From positions 1,710,001-1,742,000 of the forward strand of contig NZ_CP015137.1 in assembly GCF_001644705.1 (NCBI RefSeq): a stretch of 32,000 bases of DNA. The letters are read 5' to 3'. A model generated the notes under the pieces. The model made no database searches. It was not told the origin of the DNA and was given only the letters and a program-made list of their open reading frames with translations. How positions within the stretch are numbered: position 1 is the stretch's first letter; each line of letters opens with the position of its first letter. This DNA comes from Dickeya solani IPO 2222 (lineage in GTDB: Bacteria; Pseudomonadota; Gammaproteobacteria; Enterobacterales; Enterobacteriaceae). Shown here piece by piece: positions 8,139-19,432 of the stretch. A program made the position numbers and the translations under genes.

Positions 8139-10268
8139 ATGCGCACAATACTCATCATATTGGCTGTATTGTTTGCCTGTCTGATTGCGGTAGGTGGGAT
8201 CATTGGCTATCTAATGTATCGTCGTCTTCTATTCGCCAAACGTTTGCCAGTTACACCGTCGGGACATCGTCAGCTGACGGCGTCGGAACGTATTGCCATC
8301 GAACGCTATCTGGCCATGTCCCATCTGGACGGCCCGGTTTCGTCGTCCGTTTCGGCCGCGTCGCCGCGTCTGCCACGTCTGCTGCCGGGCAACCGGGTGT
8401 ATCCCATGACTCATAGCATCACCCGCTATGGGCTGAGTACCGATGCGCCCAACAAATGGCGTTACTACATCGACACTCAGGAAATTCACCTGCCTGCGCG
8501 TTGGGAGCAATACATTACCCAGAATAATGAGATCGAGCTGATCAAAACCCGCTCAATTCCTCTGGTGGTCTCACTGAACGGCCATTCGCTGACGGAATTC
8601 GTCAATGAGATGGATTCCAGCACCGGCGCCGACATCCCCGGCGAGCAGGCGTCGATTCGACCGGAAGTCCATGAGCACACCGAACTGGTGGCGATTCGCC
8701 GGGAAACCCTGGAAGAGCACGCCGTGCATCGCTCACGCGGCCTGCGCGAAACCGGAGTGCTGAGCCTGGCGTTTTTGCTGCTGGTATTCAGCCTGACCAG
8801 CCCGCTGGCAATGTTGCCCTGGCTGGCTGGCGCCGCCTGCCTCATGGCCGGCTGGGGATGCTGGCAACTGTTCCGCCCGCCCTCGCAGAGAGAACTCCGC
8901 GAAGTGCATTGCCTGCACGGCACGCCACAATGCATGGGGCTGTTCAGCGACGCCAGTCAAAGCCAGATTGGCAATGTCTCTCTTGGCAATATTGATCTCA
9001 TCTATCCCCCTCACTGGCAGCCTTATATCGGCTACGATCTCGGCAGAAAAACCGATGTGGATATCTACCTGACCCGTCAGGTCGTGCGCCAGGGCCATTA
9101 CCTGTCATTAAACAATGAAGTCAAATTTTTCCCGCTGCAGCAATGGGGCAAAAACGCCGTACTGGCGATTGGCGCGCTGCTAAGCCTGATCCTGCTGTTA
9201 ACCTCGGTGCCGCTTGATCTGCCGCTGAAGCTCAGTCTGGCTTGGGTGCAGGGCGCAAGCAGCGTCAAGGTGACTCAGGTAGAAGAGCTGGAACGCATGC
9301 CGCTGCACATCGGCGACAAATTGCAGGTACGCGGAACCGGCATGTGCTATGTACCGCCGATCAACCTTAACCCGACGTCTTCCCGCGCCTCCGCCTTTGC
9401 GCCGTTTGATTGTGCCGCCATTTACTGGAACAAGGCCGCGCCTCTGCCGTTGCCCGAGTCGGACACCATTGAGAAAACCGCCGCGCTGCAAAAGACGGTC
9501 AACGAGCAGTTGCACCCGGCCGCCAGCGACAATCAGGTCAGTTCGCAGCTGGCGGACGCCATCCAGAAATCCGGCATGATCCTGCTGAATAACTTCTCGG
9601 ATATCGTGCTGAAAACCGATGCACTGTGTGAAAAAGAAGAAGATTGCACCCGGCTCAAAAACGCGTTGATCAATCTGGGCAACGCCAAGAACTGGGATCT
9701 GCTGGTCAAACGGGCGCGTTCCGGCGCGTTGAAAGGCATGAGCGTGGTGCTGCGCCCGGTGAGCGCCGAGTCGCTGGATTCGCTGGTGAAAAACGCAACC
9801 GACGAGTTCTACAGCCGCGAAATCATCACCGCGTCCAATTCGCTGAACAGTCCGCCGCCGGGCGGTTTTCTGATTCGCAGCGACGAAGGCCGCCAGTTCG
9901 TCAATCATCAAATGCCCGCCACGCCGCTGCGCGATTTCCCGCCGCAGGAGCAATGGCAGGAACTGCAACGTCTGTCATCCCTGTTGCTGCATACGTCGTT
10001 CGAAGCCAATGGCGTGATTACTCAACTGAGCATCGATGCCAACGGCACCCGCCATATTTCACTGCACAGCGAACCTGATGCGGTCACCATGTGGCGCTCA
10101 CTGGGCGCCTGCCTGCTGTTACTGGCCTTCAGCGTCATTCTGATACTGAATCTGGTATTGCTGTTGGTGAAACGCCGCCGCAGTCAGCAGCGTATCGCCA
10201 ACATCCAGCAATACTACGCTCGTCATCTGGTGCCGGAAGCGCCCGCCGCCACCGCCATGTACGGATAA
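8139..10268 (+). CDS. igaA: Intracellular growth attenuator IgaA/YrfF (inner-membrane repressor of the Rcs phosphorelay)
   Basis: The product is colinear with E. coli YrfF (NKWRYYIDTQEIHLPARWEQYI, GTGMCYVP, SDIVLKTDALC, LRPVSAESLD). I place the start at ATG 8139, which is preceded by a GGAG, rather than at TTG 8085. Confidence 0.9.
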   Translation: MRTILIILAVLFACLIAVGGIIGYLMYRRLLFAKRLPVTPSGHRQLTASERIAIERYLAMSHLDGPVSSSVSAASPRLPRLLPGNRVYPMTHSITRYGLSTDAPNKWRYYIDTQEIHLPARWEQYITQNNEIELIKTRSIPLVVSLNGHSLTEFVNEMDSSTGADIPGEQASIRPEVHEHTELVAIRRETLEEHAVHRSRGLRETGVLSLAFLLLVFSLTSPLAMLPWLAGAACLMAGWGCWQLFRPPSQRELREVHCLHGTPQCMGLFSDASQSQIGNVSLGNIDLIYPPHWQPYIGYDLGRKTDVDIYLTRQVVRQGHYLSLNNEVKFFPLQQWGKNAVLAIGALLSLILLLTSVPLDLPLKLSLAWVQGASSVKVTQVEELERMPLHIGDKLQVRGTGMCYVPPINLNPTSSRASAFAPFDCAAIYWNKAAPLPLPESDTIEKTAALQKTVNEQLHPAASDNQVSSQLADAIQKSGMILLNNFSDIVLKTDALCEKEEDCTRLKNALINLGNAKNWDLLVKRARSGALKGMSVVLRPVSAESLDSLVKNATDEFYSREIITASNSLNSPPPGGFLIRSDEGRQFVNHQMPATPLRDFPPQEQWQELQRLSSLLLHTSFEANGVITQLSIDANGTRHISLHSEPDAVTMWRSLGACLLLLAFSVILILNLVLLLVKRRRSQQRIANIQQYYARHLVPEAPAATAMYG

Positions 10269-10298
10269 TATCCTTCGCTCTCAGGTCAGCGTCCTCCG

Positions 10299-10350
10299 CT
10301 CCCAGATAAAGTAACCGGCCGTATGACCGACCGGTTACTTTATCTGGGAG
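10299..10350. repeat. Perfect 20-bp inverted repeat (12-nt spacer) downstream of igaA
   Basis: ctcccagataaagtaaccgg (10299..10318) and ccggttactttatctgggag (10331..10350) are exact reverse complements. No T-run follows on the + strand. Confidence 0.85.
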
Positions 10351-10411
10351 TGCGATCGGTCGCGTTTAGCGGTTATGCTACGCTGATAACATCGACGTTC
10401 CCGGAGTATGC

Positions 10412-11116
10412 ATGAATCCCGAACTGAACTGGAATGAGATCGATACCGTCCTGCTGGATATGGACGGCACGCTGCTCGACCTGGCGTTTGACAGCTATTT
10501 TTGGCTGCAACTGGTGCCGGAATCCCTGAGCCGCCAGCGCAACATCAGCCTGGATCAGGCTCAGCAATTGATCATGGCGGAATATCAGGCGGTGCGCCAT
10601 ACCCTGAACTGGTATTGCTTTGATTACTGGAGCGACCGGCTGGGGCTGGATATCTACCAGATGACCAGCGATGTCGGCCACCGCGCCCGCCTGCGGGACG
10701 ATACTACGCCGTTTCTGCATGCGCTGCGCCAAAGCGGCCGCCGGACTATTTTGCTGACCAACGCCCACCCACACAGCCTGTCGGTCAAGGTAGCCCACAC
10801 CGGGCTCGACCGGCACCTTGATTTATTACTTTCCACCCATACTTATGGGTATCCCAAAGAGGATCAGCGGTTATGGCAGTCCGTTCAGGCGGAAATCGGG
10901 TTTAACCCGGCGCGTACGCTGTTTGTGGATGACAGCGAGCCCATACTGGATGCCGCCAGAACGTTTGGCATCCGTTATTGTCTGGGCGTCAGTAATCCTG
11001 ACTCGACCTGCCGGCAGGAAAACCGCTTCCGGCAGCACCCGTCGATGAACGATTATCTGGCGTTGCTCCCGGGCATCCACCAGTCGGTTCTCGTCGGCAA
11101 TCAGGAGTGTTCATGA
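10412..11116 (+). CDS. yrfG: HAD-family GMP/IMP nucleotidase YrfG
   Basis: The 234-aa product carries the HAD motif I VLLDMDGTLLDLAFD. It matches recalled E. coli YrfG over LLTNAHPH..LLLSTHT.GYPKEDQRLW..FGIRYCLGV.NPDS. Confidence 0.85.
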   Translation: MNPELNWNEIDTVLLDMDGTLLDLAFDSYFWLQLVPESLSRQRNISLDQAQQLIMAEYQAVRHTLNWYCFDYWSDRLGLDIYQMTSDVGHRARLRDDTTPFLHALRQSGRRTILLTNAHPHSLSVKVAHTGLDRHLDLLLSTHTYGYPKEDQRLWQSVQAEIGFNPARTLFVDDSEPILDAARTFGIRYCLGVSNPDSTCRQENRFRQHPSMNDYLALLPGIHQSVLVGNQECS

Positions 11117-11526
11117 GCAAAGGCAGCCAGCATGACGATGACAATGCGGTCCGGTTGGACAAGTGGTTGTGGGCGGCGCGTTTTTACAAAACCCGCGCAC
11201 TGGCACGCGAGATGATCGACGGCGGCAAAGTGCACTATAACGGCCAGCGCAGCAAACCCGGCAAGCTGGTGGAGCTGGATGCCGAAATCACGCTGCGTCA
11301 GGGCAATGACGCGCGCACGGTGATTGTCCGCGCCCTCAGCGTTCAACGGCGCCCGGCGGCGCAAGCGCAGGCGCTGTATGAAGAAACGCAGCAGAGCATT
11401 GAAAAGCGCGAAAAACTGGCGCAAGCCCGAAAACTGAACGCCCTGTCGATGCCGCACCCGGACCGGCGGCCGGATAAAAAAGAGCGCCGGGATTTAATCA
11501 AATTCAAATACAGTGACGCGGAATAA
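11113..11526 (+). CDS. hslR: Ribosome-associated heat shock protein Hsp15 (S4-like RNA-binding)
   Basis: The product contains [36 protein letters not shown] and [15 protein letters not shown], as in E. coli HslR. ATG 11113 follows AGGAG and overlaps the yrfG stop (ATGA). The track start at 11107 is probably 2 codons too long. Confidence 0.9.
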   Translation: MSKGSQHDDDNAVRLDKWLWAARFYKTRALAREMIDGGKVHYNGQRSKPGKLVELDAEITLRQGNDARTVIVRALSVQRRPAAQAQALYEETQQSIEKREKLAQARKLNALSMPHPDRRPDKKERRDLIKFKYSDAE

Positions 11527-11551
11527 GCCGTCGTCACCACGAGAGAAAATT

Positions 11552-12424
11552 ATGGCCAATCATGACCAATTGCACCGTTATCTGTTCGAAAATCATGCCG
11601 TTCGCGGCGAACTGGTAACGGTAAGCGACACTTTCCAGCAGATGCTGGCCAATCACGACTACCCCGCGCCGGTAAAAAAACTGCTGGGTGAAATGCTGGT
11701 CGCCACCAGCCTGCTGACCGCCACGCTGAAATTCAGCGGTGATATCGCCGTACAGTTGCAGGGCGACGGCCCGCTGAAACTGGCGGTGATCAACGGCAAC
11801 CATCAACAGCAGATGCGCGGCGTCGCACGCTTGCAGGGCGACATCGCCGCCGACAGTTCGCTGCACGACATGGTAGGCAACGGCTATCTGGTGATCACCA
11901 TTACTCCGACCGAGGGCGAACGCTATCAGGGCGTGGTCGGGCTGGACGGCGACAATGTGGCCGCCTGTCTGGAAAACTATTTCCAGCAGTCCGAGCAGTT
12001 GCCGACGCGCCTGTTTATCTGCACCGGCGAACATGATGGGCACCAGTGCGCCGCCGGGATGCTGCTGCAGGTGCTGCCCGCGCAGCACGGCAACCGCGAG
12101 GACTTCGACCACCTGACCCAATTGACCGCCACCGTCAAGGGCGAAGAGCTGTTTGGCCTGCCGGCCGACGAGGTGCTTTATCGTCTTTACCATCAGGAAA
12201 ACGTCACGCTGTATGAACCGCAGCCGGTATCGTTCCACTGCCACTGCTCGCGGGAACGCTGCGCCGACGCGCTGATGACCCTGTCGGCGGACGAGGTCAG
12301 CGATATTCTGGAGCAGGACGGACAGATCGATATGCATTGCGACTATTGCGGCAGCCATTACCTGTTCAGCGCGCAGGATATTGCCGATCTCCGCCAGCCA
12401 GACGCCGACCCGACCCTGCACTGA
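11552..12424 (+). CDS. hslO: Redox-regulated chaperone Hsp33
   Basis: From ATG 11552 the product reads [22 protein letters not shown], against E. coli [22 protein letters not shown]. The C-terminal zinc centre CHCSRERC...CDYCG is present. The track start at 11513 is an upstream extension. Confidence 0.92.
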   Translation: MANHDQLHRYLFENHAVRGELVTVSDTFQQMLANHDYPAPVKKLLGEMLVATSLLTATLKFSGDIAVQLQGDGPLKLAVINGNHQQQMRGVARLQGDIAADSSLHDMVGNGYLVITITPTEGERYQGVVGLDGDNVAACLENYFQQSEQLPTRLFICTGEHDGHQCAAGMLLQVLPAQHGNREDFDHLTQLTATVKGEELFGLPADEVLYRLYHQENVTLYEPQPVSFHCHCSRERCADALMTLSADEVSDILEQDGQIDMHCDYCGSHYLFSAQDIADLRQPDADPTLH

Positions 12425-12437
12425 TTCCCCATTTCAG

Positions 12438-12460
12438 CGGCCCGCCTGTGGGCCGTTTCT
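12438..12460 (+). terminator. hslO intrinsic terminator
   Basis: The sequence is CGGCCCgcctgtGGGCCGtttct, 14 nt after the hslO stop. It is flanked by a direct repeat ccccatttca (12427..12436 and 12461..12470). Confidence 0.6.
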
Positions 12461-12672
12461 CCCCATTTCAAAACAGATCAAATATCAAGAAACGGCCAGT
12501 CCCTTCACCCGGTTATTTCGCTTAAACAACAACCATTTGCTTACTTCTTATTCACATGTATAAGCAAAGTTATTAATGAATTTATTTAATTTTTTGATTG
12601 TTATCGCGGTTAAAATAAGCTCACCTTCTAGACTTACTAACAGTACGACTATAACGATCTAGGAGTAGCAAC

Positions 12673-14292
12673 ATGCAGATAAAAGGCATTACGCCAGAAG
12701 CACTGACGGCTTATGGCATTCATGATGTCCGCGAAATTGTCTACAACCCAAGCTACGATTTACTTTTTACTGAAGAAACATCCCCTACCCTACAAGGCTA
12801 TGAACGCGGTATCGACACCCAGTTGGGCGCCGTTGCCGTTGATACCGGCATTTTCACCGGTCGCTCCCCGAAGGATAAGTACATCGTCCGCGACGATGTG
12901 ACCCGCAACACCGTCTGGTGGTCCGATCAGGGCAAAGGCAAAAACGACAACCATCCGCTCAGCCAGGAAACCTGGCAACACCTGAAACAGCTGGTCACCA
13001 GCCAGTTGTCAGGCAAACGCGTGTTTGTCGTTGATGCTTTCTGCGGCGCCAACGCCGACACGCGCCTGAAGGTTCGTTTCATCACCGAAGTCGCCTGGCA
13101 GGCTCACTTCGTGAAAAACATGTTTATCCGCCCCAGCGATGAGGAGTTGCAGGGTTTCGAGCCGGATTTCATCGTGATGAACGGCGCGAAATGCACCAAC
13201 CCGCAGTGGCAGGAACAGGGGTTGAATTCGGAAAACTTCGTGGCCTTCAACCTGACTGAGCGCATCCAGCTCATCGGCGGCACCTGGTACGGCGGCGAGA
13301 TGAAGAAGGGTCTGTTCTCCATCATGAACTACCTGTTGCCGCTCAAAGGCATCGCGTCCATGCACTGTTCGGCCAACGTGGGCGAAAAAGGTGATGTGGC
13401 AGTGTTCTTCGGCCTGTCCGGCACCGGCAAAACCACGCTGTCCACCGACCCGAAACGGCAGTTGATCGGCGATGACGAACACGGCTGGGACGACGATGGC
13501 GTGTTCAACTTTGAAGGCGGCTGCTACGCGAAAACCATCAATCTGTCTGCTGAGGCAGAGCCGGATATTTACCACGCCATCCGCCGCGATGCGCTGCTGG
13601 AAAACGTGACCGTGTTGGCGGATGGCCGTGTGGATTTCAGCGACGGCTCCAAAACCGAAAACACCCGCGTGTCCTACCCGATCTATCACATCGATAACAT
13701 CGTGAAGCCGGTTTCCAAAGCCGGGCACGCCACCAAGGTGATTTTCCTGACCGCCGATGCCTTCGGCGTGTTGCCGCCGGTGTCCCGCCTGACCGCGGAC
13801 CAGACCCAGTACCACTTCCTGTCCGGCTTTACCGCCAAACTGGCGGGCACCGAACGCGGCGTGACTGAACCGACGCCAACCTTCTCCGCCTGCTTCGGCG
13901 CAGCGTTCCTGTCGCTGCACCCGACGCAGTACGCCGAAGTGCTGGTGAAGCGCATGCAGGCGGCGGGCGCCAAAGCCTACCTGGTCAACACCGGCTGGAA
14001 CGGCACCGGCAAGCGTATCTCCATCAAGGACACACGCGGCATTATCGACGCGATCCTCAATGGCAGCATTGACGACGCCGAAACCCAAACGCTGCCGATC
14101 TTCGATCTGTCGATCCCGACCGCGCTGCCGGGCGTGGATCCGGCAATTCTGGATCCGCGCGACACCTACGCCGATCCGGCGCAGTGGCAAGAGAAAGCGC
14201 ACGATCTGGCGCAGCGCTTTATCACCAATTTCGACAAATACACCGACACCCCTGCCGGTGCGGCGCTGGTTTCCGCCGGTCCGAAACCATAA
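12673..14292 (+). CDS. pckA: Phosphoenolpyruvate carboxykinase (ATP)
   Basis: The 539-aa product is nearly colinear with E. coli Pck ([17 protein letters not shown], kinase-1a [27 protein letters not shown]). Confidence 0.97.
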   Translation: MQIKGITPEALTAYGIHDVREIVYNPSYDLLFTEETSPTLQGYERGIDTQLGAVAVDTGIFTGRSPKDKYIVRDDVTRNTVWWSDQGKGKNDNHPLSQETWQHLKQLVTSQLSGKRVFVVDAFCGANADTRLKVRFITEVAWQAHFVKNMFIRPSDEELQGFEPDFIVMNGAKCTNPQWQEQGLNSENFVAFNLTERIQLIGGTWYGGEMKKGLFSIMNYLLPLKGIASMHCSANVGEKGDVAVFFGLSGTGKTTLSTDPKRQLIGDDEHGWDDDGVFNFEGGCYAKTINLSAEAEPDIYHAIRRDALLENVTVLADGRVDFSDGSKTENTRVSYPIYHIDNIVKPVSKAGHATKVIFLTADAFGVLPPVSRLTADQTQYHFLSGFTAKLAGTERGVTEPTPTFSACFGAAFLSLHPTQYAEVLVKRMQAAGAKAYLVNTGWNGTGKRISIKDTRGIIDAILNGSIDDAETQTLPIFDLSIPTALPGVDPAILDPRDTYADPAQWQEKAHDLAQRFITNFDKYTDTPAGAALVSAGPKP

Positions 14293-14340
14293 CGACGGCA
14301 CGGCGCTGCGGTTCCCCCGGCAGCGCCTGACCGACAGCAA

Positions 14341-14366
14341 AAAGGCGCGATGAACGCGCCTTTTTC
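14341..14366. terminator. Bidirectional intrinsic terminator between convergent pckA and envZ
   Basis: The sequence is aaaGGCGCGatgaaCGCGCCttttt, with an A-run upstream. Confidence 0.8.
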
Positions 14367-14403
14367 TTTGTTGTTTTTGCCGTTTTTCTGGCGGGGTACG
14401 CCG

Positions 14404-16526
<2,123 letters not shown>

Positions 16527-16796
16527 CTCTCTTCTCCAAAGACGTGATAGCCGCCAGCGCTTGGCTTTATTACGAAACACAATCTGATATTGTTCAGAAA
16601 CCGGCAATGAACTGACAGTCGTTTCTGGTATATATTCTAGGCAAAATTGTTACAAAGGATATAAAAATACGGTGTAATCAAACCGTTCCCATCACTGAGT
16701 ACTGCAAATCACGCCACAAATGACGATTTATCCGCTATGTTATCTCACAGCCAACGATTATAACGATTTTATGATACTTACATTTCAGAAAAGCGT

Positions 16797-17297
16797 ATGA
16801 AAACCGATCTGATCACGCGCGAAGGCTATGAAGCCCTGCATCAGGAACTTAACTATCTGTGGAAGGAACGCCGTCCGGAAATCACGGAGAAGGTGGCCTG
16901 GGCCGCCAGCCTGGGCGATCGCAGCGAAAACGCCGATTATATCTACAACAAACGCCTGCTACGTGAAATTGACCGCCGGGTGCGGTATCTGCGTAAACGC
17001 CTGCAGGTGGTGCGAGTGGTGGATTACTCTCCCCAGCAAGACGGCAAGGTGTTTTTCGGTGCCTGGGTTGAAGTGGAAAACGAAGACGGCGACGTGAAAC
17101 ACTTTCGTATCGTCGGGCCGGATGAAATTTACGGCCGCAAGGATTACATCTCGATTGACGCCCCGATGGCGCGAGCGCTGCTAAAAAAAGCAGTGGATGA
17201 AGAAGCGGTGGTCAATACGCCAACCGGCCCAAAGGTCTGGTACATCAATAAAATCGACTATCGCAACCCTATCGGCTATCGCAACCCTATCGACTGA
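16797..17297 (+). CDS. greB: Transcript cleavage factor GreB, with a repeat-encoded C-terminal tail
   Basis: The product contains REGYE.L.QELNYLW.E.RPE...KV.WAASLGDRSENADY.YNK and GKVFFGAWVE, as in E. coli GreB (158 aa). Here it is 166 aa and ends ...IDYRNPIGYRNPID. Confidence 0.9.
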   Translation: MKTDLITREGYEALHQELNYLWKERRPEITEKVAWAASLGDRSENADYIYNKRLLREIDRRVRYLRKRLQVVRVVDYSPQQDGKVFFGAWVEVENEDGDVKHFRIVGPDEIYGRKDYISIDAPMARALLKKAVDEEAVVNTPTGPKVWYINKIDYRNPIGYRNPID

Positions 17298-17334
17298 AGC
17301 AACCGATCGACTGAAGCAACCCTATCGACTGACC
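17253..17334. repeat. 17/18-bp tandem repeat, about 4.6 copies, spanning the greB stop codon
   Basis: The units are atcgactatcgcaaccct / atcggctatcgcaaccct / atcgactgaagcaaccg / atcgactgaagcaaccct / atcgactgacc. The first two units are translated as (D)YRNPIGYRNPI. The TGA stop lies in unit 3. Confidence 0.9.
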
Positions 17335-17340
17335 TCTCCG

Positions 17341-17363
17341 ACACCCACCATACCGGTGGGTGT
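17341..17363 (+). terminator. Hairpin after greB, a possible terminator that lacks a U-tract
   Basis: acacccacc-atacc-ggtgggtgt forms a perfect 9-bp stem. It is followed by actcccgg, with no T-run. Confidence 0.35.
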
Positions 17364-17547
17364 ACTCCCGGCAGCGTCTGCTGCATTCGCCTTTCCCGGA
17401 TGCCATATATCAAATCGTGTTGCGATTGGTAATATTTATTCTTTTTAGGATATATCAATTTTCGATTTCACATATTTGTTCTCGCGTTGACATAAAGATG
17501 TCATTTCCCTCCCTTACCGTGGCCTCGATGATTATGGAGGGCCGTTT

Positions 17548-19257
17548 ATGTTTAGCCTGGATAACCTATTACAAGAACTTGCTCCACATCGTTCCACGCC
17601 GACCTGGCAGCGTTCATTGCTGCGTAGCTTGTTATTCGAGAATGAATTCCAGCAATTCGCCCAGCGTTACCCTCATCTCAAAGGACTGGACTTGGTGGAA
17701 CAGGTTCTGGATCACTTCAGCCTTAACTGTGAAATGGTGGAAGGCGATCTGGAAAACATTCCCAGCCGGGGGCCGGTGGTGCTGGTCGCCAACCATCCGA
17801 TCGGTTCGCTGGATGGACTGGCGCTACTGCGCACCGTCGCCAGCGTGCGTCCGGATGTGCGTGTCGTCGCCAGCCAGCTGCTTTCTCGTATTGAACCCCT
17901 GAAAAACCTGTTTTTTTCGGTGGATAATTTCAGCAATCGAACCCGACGCCACCAGCTCGCCGCCATTCAGGAACATCTGGCCGGCGATGGCGCGATCATC
18001 ATGTTCCCCGCCGGCGAAGTCTCCCGCATGAGCCTGAAAGGCATCCGGGACGGCCACTGGCATAGCGGTTTTATCCGCATGGCGGCCAAGGCGCGCGCAC
18101 CGATTGTGCCGATTCACATCAGCGGACGTAACAGCAGCCTGTTCTACCTGTCGTCGCTGATCTATCGCCCGCTGTCCACCCTGTTGCTGGTGCGGGAAAT
18201 GTTCCGTCAACACGGCAACCGGCTGCGTTTTCGCATCGGCGCGCAGATCCCCTACCCGACCTGGAGTCAGGGCGAGTGGCAACCCAACGATCTGGCCGCC
18301 CGTTTTCGCCGCCATGTCTACCGTTTAGGCCAAGGCAAACCCGGTTGTTTTAACGGCGACAAGCCGATTGCGTTGCCGGAAGAGCGCACGTTACTGAAAC
18401 GGGCATTGGAAACATGCGAAGCACTCGGTACCACACCGGACGGCAAGAAAATTTATCTCTATCGCCGTGGCAGCGAAGATTATGTTCCTATCTTGCGTGA
18501 ACTGGGGCGCCTGCGGGAAATCGCGTTTCGCGCCGTCGGCGAAGGCTCCGGCAAACGCCGCGACCTCGACAGCTTCGACGACGATTACCTGCATCTGGTG
18601 CTATGGGACGACCGCGAACTGGAAATCGTCGGCGCCTATCGGTTTGCGCCGACGGCGCGCCTGCTGGCGGAAAAAGACATCAGCGGTCTGTACAGCCATA
18701 GTCTGTTTCAGTACGGCGAAGAGATGGCCCCGGTGCTGGCCAGCGGAATCGAGCTGGGCCGCAGCTTTATCCAGCCCAAATACTGGGGAAAACGTGGCCT
18801 GGACTACCTGTGGCTGGGCATCGGCGCCTATCTGGCGCGTTATCCGGAATACCGCTATCTGTTCGGCCCGGTATCCTTGTCCGGCTCATTGCCCTCACCG
18901 GCGCGGGACTTGCTGATTGCCTTCTACCGGCTGCACTTCGCGCCCAGTCAGGCGCTGGCCCATTCACGTCGCCCTTACCCGGCCTCGCTGCCGGAAGTAC
19001 TGAGACAATTCGAAGGCGACGACTATCAACAGGATTTGACGCGCCTCAAAAGTATGCTCAGCAACATGGGATGCTCCATTCCTACGCTGTATAAACAGTA
19101 CTCGGAGCTGTGTGAACCGGGTGGCGTGCAGTTTATCGACTTCGGCGTCGATCCGGACTTCAACAACTGCGTCGATGGTCTGGTGCTGGTGGATTTACAG
19201 CAACTGAAAGCCTCTCGTCATCAGCGCTACATCGCGCCGTTCTGCAACGAGGCATAG
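17548..19257 (+). CDS. Two-domain acyltransferase: N-terminal PlsC/LPLAT-like O-acyltransferase fused to a C-terminal OlsB-like GNAT N-acyltransferase (OlsF-like, candidate ornithine or other amino-lipid synthase)
   Basis: The 569-aa ORF has a GGAGGG Shine-Dalgarno 7 nt upstream. The N-terminal half has LPLAT-type motifs VLVANHPIGSLDG (NHx..D) and IIMFPAGEVSR (FPxGE). The C-terminal half has the hemolysin-like/OlsB pattern LRELGRLREIAFRAVGEGSG..RDLDSFDDDYLHLVLWD....EIVGAYRF. There is no counterpart at this position in E. coli. Confidence 0.6.
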   Translation: MFSLDNLLQELAPHRSTPTWQRSLLRSLLFENEFQQFAQRYPHLKGLDLVEQVLDHFSLNCEMVEGDLENIPSRGPVVLVANHPIGSLDGLALLRTVASVRPDVRVVASQLLSRIEPLKNLFFSVDNFSNRTRRHQLAAIQEHLAGDGAIIMFPAGEVSRMSLKGIRDGHWHSGFIRMAAKARAPIVPIHISGRNSSLFYLSSLIYRPLSTLLLVREMFRQHGNRLRFRIGAQIPYPTWSQGEWQPNDLAARFRRHVYRLGQGKPGCFNGDKPIALPEERTLLKRALETCEALGTTPDGKKIYLYRRGSEDYVPILRELGRLREIAFRAVGEGSGKRRDLDSFDDDYLHLVLWDDRELEIVGAYRFAPTARLLAEKDISGLYSHSLFQYGEEMAPVLASGIELGRSFIQPKYWGKRGLDYLWLGIGAYLARYPEYRYLFGPVSLSGSLPSPARDLLIAFYRLHFAPSQALAHSRRPYPASLPEVLRQFEGDDYQQDLTRLKSMLSNMGCSIPTLYKQYSELCEPGGVQFIDFGVDPDFNNCVDGLVLVDLQQLKASRHQRYIAPFCNEA

Positions 19258-19297
19258 TGTTTAGTAACGAGGTATAGTGTTTAGTAACGAGGTATAG
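19246..19297. repeat. 20-bp tandem repeat, about 2.6 copies, that begins with the last three codons and stop of the acyltransferase gene
   Basis: The units are aacgaggcatagtgtttagt / aacgaggtatagtgtttagt / aacgaggtatag. Unit 1 encodes N-E-A-stop. Confidence 0.85.
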
Positions 19298-19432
19298 CGC
19301 TCCGGCGGCACCGGCGCCAGCCGGGCCGCCTCAAACCTTCCGTTTGTCTGACTGGCATTTTTCGCCGTCAATCCGTATAACTGTCCCCCAGTCATTTATC
19401 CTTTCAACGTTCATTATCTCGCTAATAAAACT

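Noticed and set aside
12425-12672. I looked for a CRP site (TGTGA-N6-TCACA) upstream of pckA. The only candidate was the TCACA-containing sequence near 12550.
   Set aside because: Only one half-site is convincing and the partner half matches poorly. That is not enough to annotate a regulatory site without a matrix scan.
13009-14340. A 443-aa ORF antisense to pckA. Similar long antisense ORFs occur at 28225..29781 (vs malP), 19445..20563 (vs tex), 11534..12421 (vs hslO), 5342..6124 (vs mrcA), 9198..9968 (vs igaA), 26806..27654 and 26107..26760 (vs malQ/malP), and 15082..15840 (vs envZ).
   Set aside because: Each lies entirely opposite a gene whose product I can align residue by residue to a well-known protein. 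Their translations are Arg/Gly/His/Gln-rich low-complexity strings. That is typical of stop-poor antisense frames in GC3-biased DNA.
17253-17334. I considered whether the tandem repeats here, or at 7034, 19246 and 25027, could be a small CRISPR array.
   Set aside because: The units are contiguous with no unique spacers and are far shorter than CRISPR repeats. No cas genes or leader are nearby.
17360-17902. A 180-aa ORF overlapping the start of the acyltransferase gene in another frame.
   Set aside because: It starts in AT-rich promoter DNA and then runs out of frame through a gene with clear domain motifs. Its composition is Cys/Trp/Arg-rich and non-protein-like.
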